Source: Clostridia bacterium
GTDB lineage: Bacteria; Bacillota; Clostridia; Christensenellales; CAG-917
Assembly: GCA_045613765.1 (NCBI GenBank)
Contig: JAZLBO010000006.1
Coordinates: forward strand, 4,042-68,041
Direction: 5' to 3'
Length of the DNA stretch: 64,000 bases
Part shown: positions 16,787-24,483 of the stretch, one piece after another
How the letters are laid out: each line of letters opens with the position of its first letter
Position numbering within the stretch: the stretch's first letter is position 1
Notes under the pieces: model-generated
What the model was told of the DNA's origin: nothing
Databases searched by the model: none
The model's input: the letters and a program-made list of their open reading frames with translations, nothing else
Translations under genes and position numbers: made by a program

Positions 16787-16821
16787 CAGAAAGGACTGCA
16801 AATCGCAGTCCTTTCTGTTTT
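16787..16821. terminator. Strong hairpin downstream of the LRR surface-protein gene
   Basis: Perfect 13-bp stem CAGAAAGGACTGC / GCAGTCCTTTCTG (16787-99, 16805-17). The T-run lies on the plus-strand side only, so the direction of termination is ambiguous. Confidence 0.55.
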
Positions 16822-16831
16822 GTTTGTTGAT

Positions 16832-19800
16832 TTAGTTTTGTTCGGGAACATAGTTGAAATGGATTGTTACGTTTGACGTTCCTGCAAGAGCAAGAGAATT
16901 TTTGGTCAGTGCGTTCCATTCTGCTTCTGTGCCTGTGAAATAGATGTCAGTAAGATTGTCGCAGAGAGAAAATGCGCCCATGCCAATGATTGTTACGCTC
17001 TTGGGAATGACAACACTTGTCAGGCTTGTACAGCCTGTAAATGCCATTTCTTCAATGGTTGTGACACTGTCAGAGATAACAACGGACTCCAATTGTGCGC
17101 ACATATCAAATGCAAATTTTCCTATGACGGTAATGGGCTTATTATTGTACATGTTTTCCATCACGTAAGTGCCTGCAAGATTTTTGTTGGCAATGCGTTC
17201 AAGAATATAACCTGTGCCATCTTCTGTGAGTGTATATCTTGATTCTGGATCTTCACACACCCAGCAGTTTCCATTGCTGTCATAATCGTGTCCAAGGGCA
17301 TCAATGCTTTCTTGTGCAACGACAGTTTTTTTGCATGTTTCGCAGTACTTACCTTCAGTAAGACCGGTCTTTGTGCAAGTGGGTTCAACTGCATCAAGGG
17401 TTATGATAAAGTGAATTTTAACATTTTCCAAATCAGTTCCTATACCTGCAGATGGCAAGTAAATTACATCATAAACGTCATCCCATCTATCTTCGGAGCC
17501 ATAATAATAAATATCCGTAAGACTTAGGCAATCGTGGAATGCATCATCCTCAATCTTGGTCACGTTGCTTGGAATTTCTATAGTTTTCAACCTTGCACAT
17601 TTTGCAAATGCGGATGACCCGATGGTCAAATTGTAATAACCTTCTTCAATCTTGATGCTTGTAAGATTTACACAACCTGAAAATGCATTATTGGCAATCG
17701 CTGTCACAGGCTTACCGTTGAATTTGCTGGGGACAACAAAGTCTCCTCTGACGTTTTTATTCACTTCTACAAGTTCGTATTCCATGCCGTTTTTTACAGG
17801 TATATACGTGACGCCAACTGCATAATCGCCGTGGATGCAAACATCGTTCTCATCAATGTCGTGTCCTGTTGCGGGGATTTCATTGTATGTGCTGTAATCA
17901 CAACGCGAACAGGCTTCATAAGCATCCCAACCAATTTGTGTGCAGGTGGGTGCTTTTGCCTTGTGGTTGACTATATTGTGTTCAAGTGTATCAACAACTT
18001 CTTGTGCTACGAGAACTTTGTCACAAGTTGCACAATACTTACCTTCTGTAAGACCTGTTTCTGTACAAGTGGGTGCAACTGCATCACGGATCTCAATAAA
18101 GTGGATGGTTGCATTTGCCAAAGCGTCATTGCCTTCTGCGATGACAATTGCGTTCCATTCTGCTTCTGTGCCTGTGAAATAGATATCTGTAAGTTCGCGA
18201 CAATTGTAGAATGCGCGTTCGCCAATTGTTGTCACAGTGTTGGGAATCGTGATTGAAGTGAGTTTGTTATATCCCTCAAACACGAATCTGCCGATTGTTA
18301 CAAGTTTGCTATTTGAACTGATATTGACCGTTGTCAAATTGTCACAAAGACTGAAAGCAGATTCTTCCAATATTGTTACACTATCGGGGATTGTCACGCT
18401 CGTCAGGTTATCACATTGTGAGAAAGCGTGGTTGCCAATGGTAGTCACACTGTCGGGGATGACAACACTTGTCAAACTGGTGCAACCGTTGAAATTATAA
18501 TGTGTGCCGAGTTTTGTTACTGTGTTGGGGATGATGATGGTTTTCAAGTTTTGACAACCACTAAAGGCCTCACTACCAATTATTGTAACTTCTGCAGGAA
18601 TTACAAAAGCTTCACCATTGCTTGCAGGAGCATACAAAATAAGGCTTGTGCCATCAATGCTATACAACACATCATCAACTGCCTTGAGATATTGGCTGTT
18701 TGCGTCCACCTTGATTTCTGCCAAGTTATTGCAGTTTACAAATGCATTATCTGTAACTTGTCTTACACTTGCGGGAATGGTTATGCTTGCAAAGCCACAA
18801 CCGTCAAATGCTCCATCTTTGATATAGTATGCATTGGTTATGGTTACATCCGTCAAGTTGGTGCATCCGGCAAATGCATCGTTAAAAATAAGTCCAGCGT
18901 TGTTGAGAACTGCTTTTTGCAGGTTATCACATGACCCAAATGCAGATTGTCCAATGAAATTTACAGTATCTGGAACAGTGACACCTGTCAAATTATGACA
19001 ATACTGAAAAGTAAATGCGCTGATTTCTCTTATTGGTTTTCCGTTATATGTACTTGGGATAACAATATCGCCACTAATGCTTTTATCTGCCTTAATAATG
19101 TCATAGTATTCGCCTAATTCATTTGATCCAAATTGATAAGTGAAATAACTATAATCACACCTTACACAAGCACCATTTTCATTGTTGACGTGTCCAAGTG
19201 CATCATCCACCACAACGGTTTCTCTACTAAGTTCCACTTCACACACTGTACAACGAACAACATTGTCGTAAGAACCATCGGTTGTGCAAGTGGGTGCAAC
19301 ATTGTTCTCTACAACAACTGCACCTTCTGTATGTCCAAGCGCATCAACAACTTCTTGTGCTACGAGAACTTTGTCGCAAGTTGAACAGCGCTTGCCTTCT
19401 GTAAGACCTGTTGTTGTGCAGGTGGGTGCAACTGCAGACAAAATTTCTTCTGTGTGTTCAAGTGCATCAACAACTTTTTGTTCGACGGTATCCTTGCCAC
19501 AAGTTGTGCAATGCTTGCCTTCGGTAAGGCCAGAGGTCGTGCAAGTTGCAGGCACTGCAGGCAATATTTCTTCTGTGTGTCCAAGTGCATCAATTACTTG
19601 TTGTACCTCGATTGTTTCGCCACATATGTTGCAATATCTTCCCGCTGTAAGACCTGTGGTTGTGCAGGTTGCAGGACGTGCTTGACCTGCTACGATATTG
19701 TGCATGCCAACCACTTGTTGTTCTACGGTTGTCTTTCCACATACCGTACAACGCTTGCCTTCTGTAAGACCTGTTGTTGTACAAGTTGAAGGCACTGCGG

Positions 19801-20149
19801 GGATGATTTCTTCTGTGTGTGCACACATTTCAATCACTTGTTGCTCTACAAGAACTTCGCCACAGGTTGCACAGTGTTTGCCTTCGGTGAGACCTGTTGT
19901 TGTACAGGTTGAAGGCACTGCTTGATCTATGACTTCTGTGTGTCCAAGAGCAGGTATTTTTTCTTGTGCGACAAAGCCTTTGAAACAACGGCTACAATGC
20001 TTGCCTTCAGTGAATCCACCTTCTGTGCAAGTTGCAGGAACTGCTTCATCAATGACGATATCATGATTGCACAATTCATCACATGCAGTCAATGTCAATG
20101 CCACTGTCAGGAGCAATGCCAATATCAAAATTACTGTAAATTTTTTCAT
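16832..20149 (-). CDS. Large surface lipoprotein: seven ~40-aa Cys-rich repeats, then three BspA-type leucine-rich-repeat blocks separated by further Cys-rich modules
   Basis: The track ORF is 16832..20182. I prefer the ATG at 20149 (MKKFTVILILALLLTVALTLTAC, lipobox LTAC, AGGAAA RBS). Repeats read PxTCTTTGLTEGKxCxxCG....E.V.ALGH. LRR units read IPDSVTTIGNHAFSQCDNLTSVTIPDSVT. Confidence 0.8.
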   Translation of the reverse strand: MKKFTVILILALLLTVALTLTACDELCNHDIVIDEAVPATCTEGGFTEGKHCSRCFKGFVAQEKIPALGHTEVIDQAVPSTCTTTGLTEGKHCATCGEVLVEQQVIEMCAHTEEIIPAVPSTCTTTGLTEGKRCTVCGKTTVEQQVVGMHNIVAGQARPATCTTTGLTAGRYCNICGETIEVQQVIDALGHTEEILPAVPATCTTSGLTEGKHCTTCGKDTVEQKVVDALEHTEEILSAVAPTCTTTGLTEGKRCSTCDKVLVAQEVVDALGHTEGAVVVENNVAPTCTTDGSYDNVVRCTVCEVELSRETVVVDDALGHVNNENGACVRCDYSYFTYQFGSNELGEYYDIIKADKSISGDIVIPSTYNGKPIREISAFTFQYCHNLTGVTVPDTVNFIGQSAFGSCDNLQKAVLNNAGLIFNDAFAGCTNLTDVTITNAYYIKDGAFDGCGFASITIPASVRQVTDNAFVNCNNLAEIKVDANSQYLKAVDDVLYSIDGTSLILYAPASNGEAFVIPAEVTIIGSEAFSGCQNLKTIIIPNTVTKLGTHYNFNGCTSLTSVVIPDSVTTIGNHAFSQCDNLTSVTIPDSVTILEESAFSLCDNLTTVNISSNSKLVTIGRFVFEGYNKLTSITIPNTVTTIGERAFYNCRELTDIYFTGTEAEWNAIVIAEGNDALANATIHFIEIRDAVAPTCTETGLTEGKYCATCDKVLVAQEVVDTLEHNIVNHKAKAPTCTQIGWDAYEACSRCDYSTYNEIPATGHDIDENDVCIHGDYAVGVTYIPVKNGMEYELVEVNKNVRGDFVVPSKFNGKPVTAIANNAFSGCVNLTSIKIEEGYYNLTIGSSAFAKCARLKTIEIPSNVTKIEDDAFHDCLSLTDIYYYGSEDRWDDVYDVIYLPSAGIGTDLENVKIHFIITLDAVEPTCTKTGLTEGKYCETCKKTVVAQESIDALGHDYDSNGNCWVCEDPESRYTLTEDGTGYILERIANKNLAGTYVMENMYNNKPITVIGKFAFDMCAQLESVVISDSVTTIEEMAFTGCTSLTSVVIPKSVTIIGMGAFSLCDNLTDIYFTGTEAEWNALTKNSLALAGTSNVTIHFNYVPEQN
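19190..20071 (-). repeat. Seven tandem ~120-nt coding repeats (Cys-rich module)
   Basis: Residues ~38-331 of the track ORF. The periodic GH/EH...TCT..G.....C..C pattern generates many shadow ORFs on both strands. Confidence 0.8.
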
Positions 20150-20250
20150 CTTGATTTCCTTTGGTTCGGCCTGCAATCTCACGTGTTGAGCAAGCCAAAT
20201 CTTTTTTGTTTTTTATACTCTGAAAAACTGTTGTATAGTACTTATCAAAT

Positions 20251-20357
20251 GCCATGGCGTACAACGTCTTTTTCATGGCTTTATTGTACAACACCGTGGG
20301 CAAAAGTGTGCTCCACCAACCCGAGAATTACTCTCGAAATGCGAGAATTTTGCCTTT
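20251..20357. promoter_or_regulatory. Conserved upstream/leader element, copy B
   Basis: See copy A. Here the block lies ~100 nt upstream of the start codon. Homology to copy A resumes at about 20430 after a ~75-nt insertion. Confidence 0.55.
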
Positions 20358-20477
20358 TTAGGTTCTCACAGAGTACAAAAATGGGTGATTTTGGGGCAAA
20401 AACTGCCTTTTTTAAGGGTTTTTAGCCAATTTTTGCAAATTCTCCCGTTTTTTGTGCTTTATATTTATTTTAATCAA

Positions 20478-20500
20478 AAGAACTGCGCGCGCAGTCCTTT
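20478..20500 (-). terminator. Terminator-like hairpin after the SDR gene
   Basis: GAACTGCGCGCGCAGTCC palindrome. On the minus strand it is followed by TCTTTTGATT. Confidence 0.5.
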
Positions 20501-20513
20501 TATGTATGCAAAA

Positions 20514-21314
20514 TCAGTGCGTTTGTGCCTCTTCTTTTTGTTGAAGGAAACGTGTGAGTTTCTTCTTTTCCATGGCAAGATATATCCACTTTACAGGGGG
20601 CAAAATTGCCATGAGAACTTTGGCAAATACAAAGAGTTTTGAGGGGTTGACTTTCTTCTTTCCCTTCTCAAGTCCTTTGACCATACGCCTTGCAACAACC
20701 TTGGGGCTTTGCACGGGGAAAGGTCTTTCCGTGATCTTTCTGTGGCTGCCTTCCGTTGCCTTTTTGAAGAATCCCGTGTCTGTTGCAATAGGGTACAAAC
20801 AAGTGAGTTTGACGTTGTCTGGGATCTCCATTTGCACGCCTTCTTGAAAGCCGTTCATGGCAAATTTTGATGCGCTATAAATGGTGTAGCCGGGGATTGC
20901 CATTGTGCCGATTGCAGACACTGTGATGGCAAATTGTCCTTGTCTGCCGTCAAGATATTCCACGTATTTTGAGTAGGAATAGATGGGTGAGAAAACGTTG
21001 GTTTCAAACATCTTTTCCACTCGCTCCCAGTTGGTGTAATCAAAGAGTTCATAGTAGGGATAGCCGGCGTTGGCATAGAAAATATCAATGCCACCAAGGA
21101 CTTCTATTGCCCTTTCAAAAATAAGGTCAACGTTCTCCTTTTTGGACACGTCCATAACCATGGGGATAACCTTGGAATTGTCAAAAGTTTCAAGTTTGTC
21201 AGTGTGCAAATCTACTGCCAAAATCTTGTTGTCGCCCTCGGCAAGAAGTTTCAAGACTTCAAGACCGATGCCGCTGTTTGCTCCTGTCAAAACGATTTTT
21301 TTGTTGTTTATCAT
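20514..21314 (-). CDS. SDR-family oxidoreductase
   Basis: 266 aa. KKIVLTGANSGIGLE Rossmann motif and the YSASKFA catalytic motif. AGGTGA RBS. Confidence 0.85.
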   Translation of the reverse strand: MINNKKIVLTGANSGIGLEVLKLLAEGDNKILAVDLHTDKLETFDNSKVIPMVMDVSKKENVDLIFERAIEVLGGIDIFYANAGYPYYELFDYTNWERVEKMFETNVFSPIYSYSKYVEYLDGRQGQFAITVSAIGTMAIPGYTIYSASKFAMNGFQEGVQMEIPDNVKLTCLYPIATDTGFFKKATEGSHRKITERPFPVQSPKVVARRMVKGLEKGKKKVNPSKLFVFAKVLMAILPPVKWIYLAMEKKKLTRFLQQKEEAQTH

Positions 21315-21347
21315 ACTATCACCTGCTGATATTTTTTTTGAGTTTTG

Positions 21348-21902
21348 TTACAGCAATGCACTTGCGATTGCGCTTGCTTTTGAGATAAGTTGCTCCATTG
21401 TGCCGTTGTTGGTCAAGATGATATGGGCGTGCTTTTTCAGTTCTTTCACGGGGGGTTGTACTGCCATAATCTCCTTGGCTCTCTTTCTTGTCACTCCCCT
21501 GCCTTCAAGACGTTTCAAGCGCACTCGCTTTTTTGTGTCAACCAATATCACTTTGTCAAAGGTGTCAAGAATTCCACTTTCTATTGCAAGGGGCAACTCT
21601 ACTGCAAGATGCTCATCATTGCACTCTTTGATTTTGCCCACGATCAATGGGTGTGCCATTGAGTTGAGCAAATCAAGTTTTTCTTTGTTGCCAAATACTA
21701 CGCTTGCAAGAGTTGACTTTGTGATATTGCCATCTATGACTGCCTCGGGGAAATTGGCTTTCAGTGTGTCAAGATAAGCGTCGTCTTGCCACAGTTCGCC
21801 ATTGATTTTGTCGGCAGAGAGCGTGGTGTAGCCTGCCCGTTCAAATGCGAGCATAACTTCACTTTTGCCACTGCCTATTCCACCTATAACTGCAATTTTC
21901 AT
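21348..21902 (-). CDS. coaE: Dephospho-CoA kinase
   Basis: 184 aa. MKIAVIGGIGSGKSEV P-loop. Located directly downstream of polA, as in many bacteria. Confidence 0.85.
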   Translation of the reverse strand: MKIAVIGGIGSGKSEVMLAFERAGYTTLSADKINGELWQDDAYLDTLKANFPEAVIDGNITKSTLASVVFGNKEKLDLLNSMAHPLIVGKIKECNDEHLAVELPLAIESGILDTFDKVILVDTKKRVRLKRLEGRGVTRKRAKEIMAVQPPVKELKKHAHIILTNNGTMEQLISKASAIASALL

Positions 21903-21905
21903 ATC

Positions 21906-24401
21906 TTAAATCTCTGCCCAGTTGTCCCCTACCACTGCTTCTGCAACAAGGGGTACGTTGAGTGCCATTGCCTTTTCCATTTCTTCTTGAAGGATGGCTT
22001 TGACTTCTTCCACTTCGCCTGCATCTGCATCAATAATCAATTCGTCGTGGACTTGAAGGATCATCTTTGACTTCATATTTTCAAGGCGTTTTTCAACACC
22101 AAGCATTGCCACCTTGATGATGTCGGCTGCAGAGCCTTGCAAGGGTGTGTTCTTTGCCATGCGTTGTGCTGCACTGCGCACAAGATAATTGCTTGCGCTC
22201 AAATCACTGAGATTTCTGCGTCTGCCAAGGATTGTAGTGCTATATCCTTTTTCTGTTGCCTCACGGACGTTGCCTTCAAGATAGTCCTTGACTGTGGGAT
22301 ATTTTTCAAAATACCTTTCGATAAATTCCTTGGCACGATAGTTGGATATGCCAAGTTGCTCGGCAAGACCAAAGTCGCTCATGCCATAGATGATGCCAAA
22401 GTTGACGGCTTTTGCATCTCTGCGCATATCATCTGTCACTTCTTCAACTGGCACACCAAAGATTTGTGATGCAGTGGTGGCGTGGACGTCTATGCCATTG
22501 TTGTATGAAGCAAGCAAAATATCGTCCTTGCTAAAGTGTGCAAGAAGACGAAGTTCAATTTGACTGTAGTCGGCAGACACAAGCCTGCAACCCTTTGAAG
22601 GTACAAAGGCTTTTTTGATGTCCTTTGATTCTTCACTGCGCACGGGTATGTTTTGCAAGTTGGGGTTGGTTGATGAAAGTCTGCCCGTTGTTGTAATACA
22701 TTGGTTGAATTCAGTGTGAATTCTGCCTCTGTTGACCAAGGGTTGCAGACCTTGTACGTAGGTTGACAAGAGTTTTGCATAGTGACGGTAGTCAAGGATG
22801 AGTTCTATGACGGGATGCTCGTCTTTGAGCCCCACAAGGACTTCTTCCCCTACGCTATAACCTGTCTTAGTCTTCTTTCCGTGACGAAGACCAAGTCTTT
22901 CAAAAAGCACTTCTCCAAGTTGTTTGGGAGATGCCACATTAAATTCAAAGCCAACGGATTCGTGTATATTTCGAACAAGTCCGTCAACAAGGCTCGTATA
23001 TTTTTCATTGAGTTTTTGCAGTTCATCACTATCCACTGCAAAACCCCTTTCTTCCATATTTTTCAGTACTACTGCAAGGGGTTGTTCCACTTCATAAAAG
23101 AGTTTTGTAAGTCCCTTTTCTTCAAGTGCTTTTTCAATCTTTTTTCTTTGTGCAAAGAGTTCTGCTGCACCGATTTCATATCCGTCTGCACCAAGGCAAG
23201 CGTCTATTGATTTCATGGGGGCACTATCTCTCACAAGGTGTGCACCAATCATATTATCAAAGAATTTCTCTTGGTTGATGCCGTACTCTTTTGACAAAGA
23301 TTTGTAGTCGTAGCAGATGAGTGTTTTGCCCGAAATGGCACTTTTTACTGTGTCAATGGCTATATCAAAGGTCAATTCTGCAAAAAGATCGTCCCCACAG
23401 TTGATGACGTATTCAGTTTTGCCGTCTGTTGAAAAGGATATTTGTTCTCTCACAAGAAGTGCAACTTCTTCCCCTTTCAATGCCTTCAAAATGCCGTCAA
23501 CAGTGTCAATTTGCTCAACCGTCTTTTCAAAATTGACTTCCCCTACTTCTGCTTCGTCAAAGGTCATACCTGCAGACACAGAGTTCAGTTCAAGTTCTGC
23601 AAGTTTACGCTTTACGTCCATAGAATACACCCCTTTGAAGATCATATCTTCAAGGGTGCAAGGTATGGGTGCATTGCACTCTATTGTGGCAAGTTCTCTG
23701 CTCAAACGAGCAACGTCTTCGCTTCCACGGATGGTTTCACCAAGTTTGCCCTTGATTTCCTCTGCGTGAGCATATACGCCGTCAAGGTTGCCGTAGGTTT
23801 GAAGAAGATCTCTTGCCGTCTTCTCCCCTACCCCTTTGACGCCGGGAATATTGTCTGAAGGGTCGCCACGAAGTGCCTTATAGTCAATGAAGGTGTCCAC
23901 TGTAAAGCCGTCGTTGAGCAACCACTCGGGTGTGATATATTCAATATCCGTGACACCTTTCTTTGTCCACAAAATTGTGGTTGTATCACTGACAAGTTGG
24001 AAACTATCTCTATCCCCTGTGACAACGTAGGTGGTGTCTGCAAATCTCTTTGAGAGTGTGCCAAGAATATCGTCTGCCTCGTAGCCTTCCATTGATACAA
24101 CCTTGATGTCCATAAGGGCAAGAAGGTCTTTCAAAGGTTGAATTTGCATTGCAAGTTCGGGATCCATAGGCTTGCGAGTTGCCTTGTATTCTGCAAAGCG
24201 CAAATGTCTAAAAGTGGGTGCTTTCAGGTCAAACGCCACTGCCATGTGGGTGGGCTTATGCTCTTTGACAAGTTTTGTGATTAGACGAAGGAAACCAAAA
24301 ATCGCACCGGTAAAAAATCCCTTTGAGGTTTTAAGTCCTGGGAGTGCGTGGTAGGCTCTATGCAACAAACTGTTGCCATCAATTAAAATAATTTTGTTCA
24401 T
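21906..24401 (-). CDS. polA: DNA polymerase I
   Basis: 831 aa. 5'-nuclease N-terminus ILIDGNSLLHRAYHA and polymerase motifs LVSADYSQIELRLLAH, RRDAKAVNFGIIYG and QVHDEL. I saw no intact Exo I DxE motif in the middle domain. Confidence 0.95.
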   Translation of the reverse strand: MNKIILIDGNSLLHRAYHALPGLKTSKGFFTGAIFGFLRLITKLVKEHKPTHMAVAFDLKAPTFRHLRFAEYKATRKPMDPELAMQIQPLKDLLALMDIKVVSMEGYEADDILGTLSKRFADTTYVVTGDRDSFQLVSDTTTILWTKKGVTDIEYITPEWLLNDGFTVDTFIDYKALRGDPSDNIPGVKGVGEKTARDLLQTYGNLDGVYAHAEEIKGKLGETIRGSEDVARLSRELATIECNAPIPCTLEDMIFKGVYSMDVKRKLAELELNSVSAGMTFDEAEVGEVNFEKTVEQIDTVDGILKALKGEEVALLVREQISFSTDGKTEYVINCGDDLFAELTFDIAIDTVKSAISGKTLICYDYKSLSKEYGINQEKFFDNMIGAHLVRDSAPMKSIDACLGADGYEIGAAELFAQRKKIEKALEEKGLTKLFYEVEQPLAVVLKNMEERGFAVDSDELQKLNEKYTSLVDGLVRNIHESVGFEFNVASPKQLGEVLFERLGLRHGKKTKTGYSVGEEVLVGLKDEHPVIELILDYRHYAKLLSTYVQGLQPLVNRGRIHTEFNQCITTTGRLSSTNPNLQNIPVRSEESKDIKKAFVPSKGCRLVSADYSQIELRLLAHFSKDDILLASYNNGIDVHATTASQIFGVPVEEVTDDMRRDAKAVNFGIIYGMSDFGLAEQLGISNYRAKEFIERYFEKYPTVKDYLEGNVREATEKGYSTTILGRRRNLSDLSASNYLVRSAAQRMAKNTPLQGSAADIIKVAMLGVEKRLENMKSKMILQVHDELIIDADAGEVEEVKAILQEEMEKAMALNVPLVAEAVVGDNWAEI

Positions 24402-24483
24402 AAAATATAACCCTGCTTTTTTGTAAGGTTGGATTATTTATACACGCACCCAAAAATTGAGTGCGTGTAAATAATTACATTAT

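Noticed and set aside
21088-21777. Long antisense ORFs: 21088..21777(+), 35246..35881(+), 43167..43805(-), 52141..52965(+), 55262..56143(+)
   Set aside because: Each lies entirely opposite a gene with a strong, recognisable product (SDR/coaE, pgk, dnaD-like, uvrB, DUF1015). Their translations are Cys/Phe/Val-rich low-complexity sequences typical of shadow frames.
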